Source: an uncultured Bryobacterales bacterium (GTDB taxonomy: Bacteria > Acidobacteriota > Terriglobia > Bryobacterales > UBA6623). Taken from it: 64,000 bases of DNA. The stretch spans positions 3,154,062-3,218,061 of the forward strand of contig OX638379.1 in assembly GCA_951813605.1 (NCBI GenBank), read 5' to 3'. Positions 19,765 to 29,868 of the stretch are shown piece after piece; position 1 is the first letter of the stretch; every line of letters starts with the position of its first letter. The notes beneath the pieces are model-generated. The model saw only the letters and a list, made by a program, of their open reading frames with translations, was not told the origin of the DNA and did not search any database. Position numbers and translations under genes: made by a program.

Positions 19765-21220
19765 GCCCCGAAAGGCCCCCGTCCGCTTGTCGAAATCCCG
19801 ACGGGATTTCCTCTGTAGCGCCTGGAACGGCATCGGCAGCCTGGCCCTTCTCGACATTCTGGCCGACGAGCTGGAAGCTGGACCGCCTGCACTGAGCCCT
19901 CTCGCCCCCCGCGAGCCGCATCTGCGCCGCAAGGCCAAGCACTGCATCTTTCTCTTCATGGGCGGCGGCGTGAGTCACATCGAGTCCTTCGACTACAAAC
20001 CCGCTCTTCGGAAGTACGCGGGCGAGCGCCTCCCCCGTCCCGAGGGCCTGTCCGGCGAAGTGGCGACCGCGCTCGATGCGCCCCACACCGCAATGCCGTC
20101 GCTCTGGGATTTCAAGCAATATGGCGAGTCCGGCCGCCATGTATGCTCGCTCTTCCCGCATCTGGCCCAGCACGTCGATGAGATGGCGTTTGCCTACGGT
20201 ATCCGGCTTGACAACAACAATCACGGGCCGGCGACGCTGCACCTGAACACGGGCTCTCAATTCCCCGGAAGCCCCTCGGTAGGCTCTTGGATTGGCTATG
20301 GACTGGGCACCCCCAACCAAGACCTGCCCGGCTATGTGGTCATTCAGGATCCAAGAGGCGGGCCCGTCAACGGTTCGGCGGTTTGGGGCAACGGGTATCT
20401 TCCCGCCAGCTACCAAGGGGTCCGATTCCGCTCCTCCGGCCCCCCGATTCTCGATCTAGAGCGGCCAGCCGGCCTCTCCCGCGAGCAGCAGCGCAGGGAG
20501 TTCGACCTGCTGAAGTGGCTCAACACCAAGCACGGCGAGCAGCAGCCGGGCGCCTCCGAGCTCGAGGCCCGCATCAACGCCTACGAGTTGGCGTTTCGCA
20601 TGCAGACGGCAGCCCCGGAGGTGGTGGGCCTCGGCAGGGAATCCGAGGCGACTAAGAAGCTGTATGGCCTCGACAATCCCGACACCGCCGGGTTCGGGCG
20701 GCAATGTTTGCTGGCGAGGCGGCTGGTGGAGCAAGGCGTCCGCTACACGCTCTTGATTCACGGCGAGAGGATCGGTCAATCCAGTTGGGACCACCATACG
20801 GACGTCAAGGGCCGCATGCCCCAGAATGCGGTGGAGGTCGACAAGCCGGTGTCAGCCCTGCTCGCGGATCTGAAGAGCCGCGGCCTGCTCGAGGAGACGC
20901 TCGTCGTTTGGGCCTCTGAGATGGGCCGCACGCCCTACGTTCAGCAAAACGACACCCCGGACCCCAAGCCGGGCCGCGACCACAATCAGAACGCGCTCGT
21001 GATGTGGATGGCCGGAGGGGACGTCAAGGGCGGATCGTCGGTCGGTGCCACGGATGAATTCGGCATCGGCGGGATCAACCCCATTCCGCTCCACGACGTT
21101 CACGCAACGATCCTGGACCTTCTCGGCTTGGACGACAAGCGGCTGACCTACTTGCACCAGGGCCGATACCGCAAGCTGACGGATATCGGCGGGCACGTGC
21201 TCGGAGAGCTCATCGCGTGA
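19754..21220 (+). CDS. DUF1501 domain protein (Tat signal)
   Basis: SRRDFL; AKHCIFLFMGGGVSHIESFDYKP; GSWIGYGLG; FGRQCLLARRLVEQGVR; WDHH; EMGRTP; GRDHN. Overlaps the PSD1 gene end. Confidence 0.93.
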   Translation: MSTKPRKAPVRLSKSRRDFLCSAWNGIGSLALLDILADELEAGPPALSPLAPREPHLRRKAKHCIFLFMGGGVSHIESFDYKPALRKYAGERLPRPEGLSGEVATALDAPHTAMPSLWDFKQYGESGRHVCSLFPHLAQHVDEMAFAYGIRLDNNNHGPATLHLNTGSQFPGSPSVGSWIGYGLGTPNQDLPGYVVIQDPRGGPVNGSAVWGNGYLPASYQGVRFRSSGPPILDLERPAGLSREQQRREFDLLKWLNTKHGEQQPGASELEARINAYELAFRMQTAAPEVVGLGRESEATKKLYGLDNPDTAGFGRQCLLARRLVEQGVRYTLLIHGERIGQSSWDHHTDVKGRMPQNAVEVDKPVSALLADLKSRGLLEETLVVWASEMGRTPYVQQNDTPDPKPGRDHNQNALVMWMAGGDVKGGSSVGATDEFGIGGINPIPLHDVHATILDLLGLDDKRLTYLHQGRYRKLTDIGGHVLGELIA

Positions 21221-21341
21221 GCACAGGCGGAGCCAGCGGTTCGCCTGCCACGTCCCGTGTCGACTGGCTCGCCTGCCGGTGCCTTCTTCCCGCGCTGCTA
21301 CGCATTCCGGCCTTCTGCCGGCTCGCCCTGTAGGCGACGCG

Positions 21342-21791
21342 CTACTGGCCGCGCCGCTCCTTGTCGTACGGAGCGCCCGTGCCCGACGAGCCCAGGAAGA
21401 ACTTGCGGCCGTCCTCGAAGGTCACGTCGCGACCGTTGGCCCGGTTCGAGCGGTCCTTCGCCTGATAGCCGTCAACGATGACCACCTGGCCGATCTTGAT
21501 TGTGTCTCGCTTGAGACCGCGCCTCAACAGGCTGTTCGGGGTGCCGCCCTCGACCATCCAGACTTCCTTCTTCCCGCTGGCATCCGCCACCTCGACGTGG
21601 ATCCAAGTGTGCGGGTTCACCCATTCGACGCGCACGACCGCCCCTTTCAGCAGCAGCGGCCGGTTCGGATCGAATTCGGCGCCGAACGCGTGATGAGCGT
21701 ACGCGGGCACGACCGCTGCCAGCAGCAAGGCCGCAGCAACTGAAGCCGCGACCGCCAGCGCGAGATGGTCGGAATTTGACTCTTTGTGCAT
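21342..21791 (-). CDS. DUF6152-family exported protein
   Basis: Signal peptide ...VVPAYA|HHAFGAEFD; GAVVRVEWVNPHTWIHVEV; W.VEGGTPNSLLRRG. ATG at 21791. Confidence 0.85.
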   Translation of the reverse strand: MHKESNSDHLALAVAASVAAALLLAAVVPAYAHHAFGAEFDPNRPLLLKGAVVRVEWVNPHTWIHVEVADASGKKEVWMVEGGTPNSLLRRGLKRDTIKIGQVVIVDGYQAKDRSNRANGRDVTFEDGRKFFLGSSGTGAPYDKERRGQ

Positions 21792-21825
21792 TTGACTGTG
21801 CTCCTCGTCTCGGATCCGGCGCCGC

Positions 21826-22881
21826 CTAGTCGTCGTCGGACTTGCCGAGCGCCTCGGCCTCGAGAATCCGCGCCCCTCGCAGGATGCCGCCGAACGAATA
21901 GTTCGCCTCGTGGCACGCGTACTCGTACACCCGGCTGTCGCTCGCCGGCCAGATGAACTCGCCGCTCCAAGGCGCCGTCCAGACCGTGGGGTCCTCGACT
22001 GTGAACTGGTACCGCAAGGTGTCTGCGTCGATGCGCGAGAAGCGCTCGACGACATGCAGGTTGCGCGAGGCTCTCGACAGCGCGGGCCGGTCGCTGAAAT
22101 TGGTCGTGTCCACCACCAGCGTGTCCCCTTCCCAGCGGCCCACCGAATCGCCGAGCCAGCCGCGGATGTCCGGCGGGGCGTGCTCGGCGTTCATGCGGAT
22201 GATGCGAGCGTCGTGGACCATCTCGACGAGGATCATGACGTGGTCCTCGGTCTGCACGATCCGCTTGAGATTGTTGTACAGCACCGGCAGCATGGGCGGC
22301 CCGCCGGTGGACCCGAATCCGAGCAGGCAGCGCTCGGCCAGCGGCCGGAGTTCCGGATCGTCGTAGGGACCCGGCTCGACGCCTTCCTTGATCCACCAAG
22401 CCTCCCCGGTGTTCTTGCGGGATCGCTTGGCCCGGTAAGCAGCTCGCTTCTCTGTCGCCTCGGTCAGCGGAGGTCGGCGCCCGTCCTTCGGATCCGTGAT
22501 GATCGATGTGCGCCACTTGCCATCGATCTTGAAGCCTCCGGACCCGCGGTCAATCCAGAAAGTGTTGTAGCCTCCGACATTGCCGGCGGCCCCTGGCGAA
22601 CCGTCGCCGCCCTTGGGAGGCGCCTTGCGATCCGGGTCCGTCGCCTCGTTCCTGCTGGCCAGGTACGCCGCTTCCTTGCGAGCGATTTCCAAGGCTTCCT
22701 CGTCGGTTAGCGTCAGCTGGTCCCCGTATTTCTGCGGCCGCTGCAGAGGTGTCAGGGTGGCGATGTCGTAGGTGCCCGACAGATCCGGGCGCCCGGAGGG
22801 CGTGCGCGGAATCTCCGCGGCCGCGACAGGCCAGACAGCGCCTGCGAGCACGCCGAAGGCGATCAGAACTCTACTCAACAT
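21826..22881 (-). CDS. Conserved exported hypothetical protein (DUF6152-associated family)
   Basis: Signal peptide; PRTPSGRPDLSGTY; ERCLLG; WLGDSVGRWEGDTLVVDTTNF; LHVVERF; YEYACHEAN. Confidence 0.8.
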   Translation of the reverse strand: MLSRVLIAFGVLAGAVWPVAAAEIPRTPSGRPDLSGTYDIATLTPLQRPQKYGDQLTLTDEEALEIARKEAAYLASRNEATDPDRKAPPKGGDGSPGAAGNVGGYNTFWIDRGSGGFKIDGKWRTSIITDPKDGRRPPLTEATEKRAAYRAKRSRKNTGEAWWIKEGVEPGPYDDPELRPLAERCLLGFGSTGGPPMLPVLYNNLKRIVQTEDHVMILVEMVHDARIIRMNAEHAPPDIRGWLGDSVGRWEGDTLVVDTTNFSDRPALSRASRNLHVVERFSRIDADTLRYQFTVEDPTVWTAPWSGEFIWPASDSRVYEYACHEANYSFGGILRGARILEAEALGKSDDD

Positions 22882-23027
22882 GGCGGTTACTCCCCCTTAG
22901 GATGTGATAAATCGAGTCGAACGACGGGACGCGACGAGCGGTACGGGAAGCCTCTCCCGTTCGCCCCTGGAACGCGACGGCATCGGAAGCGATTCGCAGC
23001 CTGCGACGCATGGCGACTCCCTCCAGC

Positions 23028-23867
23028 CTATCTCTCGAGCGGTCGGCGCCGATACTCTCCGAAGAGAAGTTCCTCCACGAACTCGACGCATTTGAAGTCC
23101 ATGAGGCGCGCGTCCTTCTCCATGCGCCGGTAGAGCGGCAGGGAGATCTTCCAAGGGCGCGTGAACACTTCCGGATCCCGGATCTCAGCCTCGTACTGAA
23201 TGTGGTTCGGCGAGGTCAGCGTGTAGCGCTCGACCACCCGGAGCTGGTTGCTGTGATGCGTTCCGGAGCGGTCGAACCAAGTCTGGTCGTTGAAGCCCGT
23301 GACCTCGACAACCAGCGTGTTGCCTTCCCAGCGCCCGACCGATTGCCCCATCCAGGAATCGGTCTCCGCCGGCCCGACGTCCTTCATGTAGATGTCGCGC
23401 ACCGCCCCGGCGAACTCGTACGCGATGAAAACCGCCCCCTCGTTCTGGATGATCTGAAACGGGAACGGCATGTAGGTCGCGCGCGGCACGCCGGGAAGAT
23501 AGCACCTCACCTCCGGGTCACGTTCCATCCAGTGCGCACGGTACTCCTCCCTCTTCGTCGCGGCTTCCGGCTTGTAGGGGATCTTGCCGCCCTCGACAAT
23601 GCCCATTCCGCCCGGCACCGCCCCCACGGCGCCCAGTCCCAGCACCGGCACGGCCGGCAGGGGCCCGTGCGGGCCTTCCCGCAGCATCATGGACGGCCGC
23701 GCCATGTGCCGCTCCACGTCATAGTGCGCGGAACCGATGGCCTGCCAGATGCCGTTCAGGTTGGGGTTTCCGTTGGCGAGCCGGGGCGGCTCGAAGTCGT
23801 CGGACTGTGCCGTAGCGGGCACCGCGCCCAGAAGAAACAGGAGTGAAATTGCGAGTGATCGAGTCAC
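23028..23867 (-). CDS. Conserved exported hypothetical protein, paralogue of 21826-22881
   Basis: PRLANGNPNLNGIWQ; RCYLPGVPR; WMGQSVGRWEGNTLVV; LRVVERY; FKCVEF. Start estimated at GTG 23867 (track ORF extends to 24227). Confidence 0.78.
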   Translation of the reverse strand: MTRSLAISLLFLLGAVPATAQSDDFEPPRLANGNPNLNGIWQAIGSAHYDVERHMARPSMMLREGPHGPLPAVPVLGLGAVGAVPGGMGIVEGGKIPYKPEAATKREEYRAHWMERDPEVRCYLPGVPRATYMPFPFQIIQNEGAVFIAYEFAGAVRDIYMKDVGPAETDSWMGQSVGRWEGNTLVVEVTGFNDQTWFDRSGTHHSNQLRVVERYTLTSPNHIQYEAEIRDPEVFTRPWKISLPLYRRMEKDARLMDFKCVEFVEELLFGEYRRRPLER

Positions 23868-24372
23868 GTCATCAAGTACGATAACACTCCCGCTAGGACG
23901 GCACTCCGCGGGTTGCCGGGCATCGACTCGGCGTCGAGCGCGTTCGTCCGCCCGGCAGCCGTGCGCCCCCCGGAAATCCTCGGCATCCAGTGCACCGATG
24001 CCAGGGTGAGCTCCGGGTGCCGGCTCTGCCGCGGATAGGCGGCCGGGGCAAGGCTTTTCGAAGCCGGCCGCTCGGGCCGCTCGTGGCTTCGGTCGCATTT
24101 CCTGGCTGCTGCTCGTGCCGCGTCCATGCTCTTCGGCCATGCGACCCGAAGCCTGGGACCTCGGCGGGGCCAGGCTTCGTCGGACCCCATACGAAGCTAC
24201 CGGCTCACGCCGAAGGCGGCGCGGCACAATTTGGCGGACCCGCTCCGCGACCTCCTAGCCTCCGTATTGCAGCGCAATCCCTGCGGTTTCTCCGCGGAAA
24301 AGCCCGGCACCAGCCGCCCGCGGTTCGGATAGCGGGGCATCGCAGGCGCGTGTGCGAGAAACTAGACGGGCA

Positions 24373-26946
24373 ATGCACCCTCGAGAACGCCTCATCGCTC
24401 TGCTTCCTTCGCTCGGCGCGGCGGCGCTGCTCGCGTGTTTCGCGGGCGCCGCAACGGGCCAGGCACCCGGCACGCCAAGCGAAACCGGTCGGCGAACCGT
24501 CTACTCGAAGGCGCTGACAGGCGGCAACTACATGCACAACTTCTATCTGCCGCCGGTCTCGAGCACGCCTTGGCGGCCTAGCTTCTCGCCCGACGGCGAG
24601 TGGATCGCCTTCAGCATGTCTGGATCGATCTGGAAGATCCGAACCCAGGGCGGCGACGCCTACGAATTGACCGCCGATTCCACCTACGACTCGTCCCCCG
24701 CATGGTCGCCGGACGGGCGCTGGATCGCTTATACGGCGGACGACAACTACGAGAGCATCAACCTGAGACTGCTGAACGTCGCTACGGGCGAAAGCGCCGC
24801 GCTGACGAGCGGCGCGTTCGTCAATCTCGACCCCGCCTGGTCCCCCGACGGGGCCGGCATTCTCTTCGTGTCGACCGAGCCTGACGGCTGGTACCACCTT
24901 GACTCTCTGGCGCTCGAGAACGGGGCGCCGGCCGCACGAGTCCGGCTTACGGAGGACAACGCATATCCCAACGAACGCCTCTACTTCGGCAGCCGCGACC
25001 TGCACATCGAGCCGACTCTCTCTCCCGACGGCACCGAGATGATCTTGGTCTCGAACCGCGGGATCCCCCTGGGTTCGGGAGCGCTTTGGCGCGCCCCGGT
25101 CGCGCCCGACGCAATGTCGAAGGCGACGAGGATCCTGCGCGAGGAAACCCTGTACAGGACTCGCCCGCAGTGGTCGCCCGACGGAGCGCGCATCGTATAC
25201 AGCTCGCACCGGGGCAGCCAGTTCAGCAATCTGTACGTCCTTCCGGTCCGAGGGGGCGAGCCCTACCAGCTCACATTCGGGCAGTGGGACCATTTCGAGC
25301 CTCGCTGGTCGCCCGACGGCGAATGGATCGCCTACGTCTCGAACGAGCGCGGGCTTTCGCAGCTGCGCCTGCTGAAGAGCTTCGGGGGCGAGGACAAGCC
25401 GGTGGAGATCCGACGCCGGGTGCACCGCCGGCCCATGGGGACCCTGCGCGTGTCCGTGGCGGATGCCGAAACCGGGCAGATCACCCAAGCCCGAATCCAG
25501 TTGCGGGCTTCCGACGGCAAGTCCTATGCGCCGTCCGATGCGTACCAGCGCGTCGCGACGCGCGCCCTGCACGAGGACTTCTTCCACACTGACGGGGAAT
25601 TCTCGCTCGAGCTCCCGGTCGGAGAAGCATCGATCCTCGCGATGAAGGGGTTCGAACGGTATCCGGCAACCAGTACTGTCGCAATCGAAGCGGGAGCGGT
25701 GACGTCGGTGCGATTTGAACTCGAGCGCTTCACGGACATGGGAGCGCTCGGCTGGTACAGCGGCTCCGACCACGTGCATATGAACTACGGAGGCAACCTG
25801 CGCAACACTCCCGAGAACCTGCTGGCCATGGCGGCGGCCGAGGATCTCGACCTGGTCGGCGAGAAGATCGCCAACAAGGACAACCGGATCTTCGATCACC
25901 AGCACTACGCGGGGCCCTACGACAAGGCCCGGTCGACCGCGGAGCGCATCCTGTCCTGGGGCCAGGAGTACCGGCCTCCGTTCTACGGCCACATCAATCT
26001 AGTCAATCTCACCAAGCACCTGATTTCCCCTTACACCACCGGCTACGAGGGCACGGCGATCGAAAGCCTCTATCCGAGCAACACGGATATCTTTCGCATG
26101 GCAAGCGAGCAGGGCGCGGTCGGCGGCTATGTGCATCCGTTCTCCAGGGATCCCGCGTCGGCTGGCTACGGAGGGGCACGCGGTTTCCCCGTGGATCTCG
26201 CCCTCGGCACCGCGACCTACCTGGAGGTGATGACCAGCGCGCGGCAGGCGGAGAATACGGCGCGGGTCTGGCATCGCGCGCTCAATTGCGGCTTCAGGGT
26301 CACTGCTTCCGGAGGCGAGGATTCGATCACGGACCTGCAACGCACGCCCGTGATCGGGGCCGCCCGCATGTACGCCTACCTCGGCGACCGCCTCGCGTGG
26401 GACCGCTGGGTCGACGCGATCCGCAAGGGCCGGACGTTCGTGACCAACGGACCGCTGGTCCAGCTCGCCATCGACGGAGAGATCGCTGGAGGCGAGATCC
26501 GCTTGCCCGGCGAGGGCGGCAGCGTTCAGGTCCGGGCTCGCATGGAATCGGCGTTTCCGGTCGAGAGGCTGGAGCTGGTCAGAAACGGCGAGGTGATCGA
26601 AGAGTTTCCCCTGCGGGACGATGGCCGGACAAGCTCGATCCTCAAGCGGATCGACGTGGATCGGAGCGGCTGGTACACGCTGCGCGCGACGACGGCGCGG
26701 CCGGTCCCGCCGGTCGACGACACCCGCTTGTACGCCGAAACGGGACCGATCTACGTCTACAAGGGCGAGGAACCGATCCGCTCGAAACAAGACGCCGAGT
26801 ACTTCGTCCAATGGATCGACGACATCTCGCGGCAGGCGCGCGAGCACCCCGGCTGGCGGTCAGACCGGGAGCGCGAGCACGTGCTAGGCCAATTCGGAGA
26901 AGCGCGCGCGGTCTTCGTTCAGCGGGCGCGAGAAGCGTCGCCCTGA
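24373..26946 (+). CDS. TolB-like (PD40) beta-propeller fused to a CehA/McbA-family metallohydrolase
   Basis: Repeated P.WSPDG..IA(Y/F) motifs; C-terminal GWYSGSDHVHM, GQEYR..FYGH, GYVHP, ASGGEDS, RKGRTFVTNGP. Confidence 0.85.
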   Translation: MHPRERLIALLPSLGAAALLACFAGAATGQAPGTPSETGRRTVYSKALTGGNYMHNFYLPPVSSTPWRPSFSPDGEWIAFSMSGSIWKIRTQGGDAYELTADSTYDSSPAWSPDGRWIAYTADDNYESINLRLLNVATGESAALTSGAFVNLDPAWSPDGAGILFVSTEPDGWYHLDSLALENGAPAARVRLTEDNAYPNERLYFGSRDLHIEPTLSPDGTEMILVSNRGIPLGSGALWRAPVAPDAMSKATRILREETLYRTRPQWSPDGARIVYSSHRGSQFSNLYVLPVRGGEPYQLTFGQWDHFEPRWSPDGEWIAYVSNERGLSQLRLLKSFGGEDKPVEIRRRVHRRPMGTLRVSVADAETGQITQARIQLRASDGKSYAPSDAYQRVATRALHEDFFHTDGEFSLELPVGEASILAMKGFERYPATSTVAIEAGAVTSVRFELERFTDMGALGWYSGSDHVHMNYGGNLRNTPENLLAMAAAEDLDLVGEKIANKDNRIFDHQHYAGPYDKARSTAERILSWGQEYRPPFYGHINLVNLTKHLISPYTTGYEGTAIESLYPSNTDIFRMASEQGAVGGYVHPFSRDPASAGYGGARGFPVDLALGTATYLEVMTSARQAENTARVWHRALNCGFRVTASGGEDSITDLQRTPVIGAARMYAYLGDRLAWDRWVDAIRKGRTFVTNGPLVQLAIDGEIAGGEIRLPGEGGSVQVRARMESAFPVERLELVRNGEVIEEFPLRDDGRTSSILKRIDVDRSGWYTLRATTARPVPPVDDTRLYAETGPIYVYKGEEPIRSKQDAEYFVQWIDDISRQAREHPGWRSDREREHVLGQFGEARAVFVQRAREASP

Positions 26947-26953
26947 GCCGCGC

Positions 26954-27925
26954 TCACTCGCTCGGGACGAACTTCTGAATCCGTTGGTTCACGGTCTCGG
27001 CAACATAGACGGCGCCGTTGGCATCCACTGCGAGGCTGTGCGCCTGGTGGAGCTGCCCGGGGTCGGGACCGTCTTCCCCGAACCATCCCAGCGGGTCGCC
27101 GTCGAGCGATAGCTTTGTGATCCGGCCCAGGTCTCCGTCGCACATCCACAGAACGTCGGCGGCACTGTCATAGGCGACGTTCCACGGCGTGCCCAGTCCC
27201 TTCCAGGTGGCGAGGTGCTTGCCGTCCGAGTCAAACACCTGAATCCGCTTGTTGCCCCGGTCCGCAACGTACACCCTGTCCTGGCTGTCCAGCGCGAGGC
27301 CGTGAACCAGATTGAACTGCCCGTCCTCGCTGCCCGGGCCGCCCCAATGGGTCACGTACTTGCCCTGCGCGCTGTACTTGACGACGCGGGTGTTCCTGTA
27401 GCCGTCGGCAACGTACACCTGGCCGTCGCGGTCATGGGCAACTCCTGCTGGGTAATTGAAGGCATAGCGAGCCTCGTTGTCGCCTTGCCGCCCAGCGAAA
27501 CTGCCAAGAGTTAGCAGGGCGCGGCCCGCGGGCGAGTGCTTGTAGAGTGTGTTGGCCTCGCGGTCCACGAGCCACACGCCCCCGTCGGGGCCAACTGCCA
27601 TGCCGTGCGCCGCGGTCTGGTGCAGCGAAACGGCTTTGTCTTCCTTCCAAGCCTGGACAAGGCTCCCGTCGCTCGAGAACTGGATCACAGGATGGGACCC
27701 GCGGTTGTAGTACCAGATGCCTCCGCGAGGGTCGATGGCGACAGCCATGCCGGCTCCGGACTCGTAGTCGGCAGGCAACTGGCCCCAGCCTTCGACAACT
27801 TCGTACGGAAGCTTCGCCTTCACCGTTAGGGGAGCAGGCGGCCCCACGATGGCTCCAAGGCCGCCGAGGCATAGGATTGCAACAGTCAACCGGCTGGGGG
27901 CTGATTCAGCTTGCCGACCTTGCAT
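26954..27925 (-). CDS. NHL-repeat PAL-family protein (exported)
   Basis: YNRGSHPV, AAHGM, FNYPAGVA, YVADGYRNTRVVKY, QFNLVHGL, VADRGNKRIQVF, QLHQAHSL. ATG at 27925. Confidence 0.88.
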   Translation of the reverse strand: MQGRQAESAPSRLTVAILCLGGLGAIVGPPAPLTVKAKLPYEVVEGWGQLPADYESGAGMAVAIDPRGGIWYYNRGSHPVIQFSSDGSLVQAWKEDKAVSLHQTAAHGMAVGPDGGVWLVDREANTLYKHSPAGRALLTLGSFAGRQGDNEARYAFNYPAGVAHDRDGQVYVADGYRNTRVVKYSAQGKYVTHWGGPGSEDGQFNLVHGLALDSQDRVYVADRGNKRIQVFDSDGKHLATWKGLGTPWNVAYDSAADVLWMCDGDLGRITKLSLDGDPLGWFGEDGPDPGQLHQAHSLAVDANGAVYVAETVNQRIQKFVPSE

Positions 27926-28254
27926 GCGGGAAAGAATAGCAAATAGCGAGCCGTGGGAAGCCGCTCTATATGTCAATTCCGGGCAATTCCCTAGCGCCGG
28001 CAGCCCGAAAAATGGCAAGGAGGCGACCGCTGCGCAGGGTCCGCCCTACAAGATGAATGTAGCAGCCCGAGAAGGTCAGCGAAAAGAAATCCCCAGCGCT
28101 CGCGTCAAGGGCAGCATGTAGTCCAGCTCAACGCTGTCAGCCGTCATCTTGCGTGCGCGCACGAGCATCGGCCGCAATGTGCAGTTCGCGGAGCGGATCG
28201 GACCCAAGCGAGAATCGCGGCCCTTGGCGGCCGGGATAGAGCTTGGCAATATTC

Positions 28255-29476
28255 ATGGCGGATCGATTCGACTCCGACGCTGTGGTGATCCGTAGCGGCG
28301 CGCCGGGCGGCATGGCCCCTTGGAATCTATCGCGCGAGGGTGCCAAGGTGCTTCTGCTCGAAGCGGGATCACGATTCTCGCGGGCCGACTGTTGGATGCA
28401 CGTGAAGCCGTGGGTGCTCCGGGAGCGGCTTCGGTGTGGCAAGAGCCCGCCCAAGTTCTTCTCGACACCGCCGAGCAGCCCGGCGACACCGTGCCGGAGC
28501 GTCCGTTCTCGCCAACCCGTGTGCGGGGAGTCAGCGGCAAGACCAGCGTCTGGAGCCGGCTGTCGCTGCGCTACTCGGACTTGAACCTGACGGAACCGGA
28601 ACGCGGCGGCTGGGAGATCCCCGGGCCGGTCTAGCGTCAGGGCCTCGCACCGAACTACGACCGCGTGGAGCAGCTCGTCGGGGCTTGCAGGGGAAACGAG
28701 GACCTGCCCTGGCTCCCCGGGTCAAGGTAATTCCAGCCGCCGCCTGCCCCCGCTGCGGGGAGCGCCTCATCGCGTCGGCAGCCGCTAAGGCCGGCCGGCC
28801 CGCCGTCGCCACGAGGCCGGCCGTGCGCGCCGCGAACTCCGGCGGCGTGCCGAAATGCCACTACTGCGGGGCTTGCGGCGAAGGCTGCGGCACGGCGAGC
28901 TTCTTCAACACGGGAGAGCAGCGGGTCGTCCCTGCGAAGCGGGCCATCCTCGGCGCGGGCTGCGTGGATTCGGCGCGCATCGAGCTCCACCCGTTCGGCG
29001 AGGTGCTGCCCCGGGCTACGAATCGCATTGCCGTGAACGCCGGCCGAGTGGACCGCTACGGCGTTCCTGTCACGCATATCGATTTCGACATAGAAGAGTA
29101 CGAGCGGAAGATGATCGAAGCGATTTACGACAACGTCGAGAAGATCCTGTATGGGATGCGCGCGGAAGCGCTGCCATGCCGGCGCGACGAAATCGACGTG
29201 TTCGGGTGCGCCGTCCACGAGAACGGGACATGCCGCATGGGAAACGACCCGCAACGGTCCATGCTGAATGGCTACAGCCAGATGCACGAGGTCAGCAATC
29301 TTTTCGCCGTGGACGGTTCCGCATTCCCGACCGCATCCGACAAGAACCCGACGCTAACCATCATGGCCCTTAGCTGGCGAGCCACGGACCGCTTGGCGAA
29401 GCGCATCCTTGGGGGAGACGCATGCGCGCAGCTCGCAAACGCAATGATCGGATACGAGCCGGCTGCAAGAGCCTAG
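28255..29476 (+). pseudogene. GMC-family oxidoreductase pseudogene (frameshifts, stops, internal deletions)
   Basis: N-terminal DAVVIRSGAPGG...GAKVLLLEAG; RVRGVSGKTSVWSRLSLR; CHYCGAC..GC; C-terminal HENGTCRMG.DP...NLFAVDGSAFP...KNPTLTIMAL, spread over different frames. Confidence 0.82.
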
Positions 29477-29868
29477 GCTGGACACAGGCGCTTCGAGCGG
29501 GCAAGACGCAGCAAGCATTCAGCATGGCGGTCGACCGGCAAAGACCCGACTTCAGCGAATGTGACGTCTCCGGGTCACGATGGGGATTGGCCGAGGCGGA
29601 GGAGCGAACGGGGCCGCGCCGCGCCGCAACGGCCCCTCGCGAGCCAGGCATTTCAGATTTGGAGGAATCCGGGCAATTAAGCTCTGCCTCGACATGGTCT
29701 TCGTTGCGCCGACCGGTCCGGCGCGCTAGAATCTCCATTGCGGGGTGCCGCCGGCCAAGCAAGCGGGCTCGAATTTCGAGTCCGGGTGGCTTCCGGTCCA
29801 GCTCAAAAGGACGAGGGATCGACCGCTGAATCAAGCGATCTGCGGTACGTCGCGAACGGAGTAATGGA

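Noticed and set aside
27978-29678. 11-bp direct repeat TCCGGGCAATT flanking the GMC pseudogene
   Set aside because: Matches of this length are expected by chance in 64 kb, and no element ends are associated.
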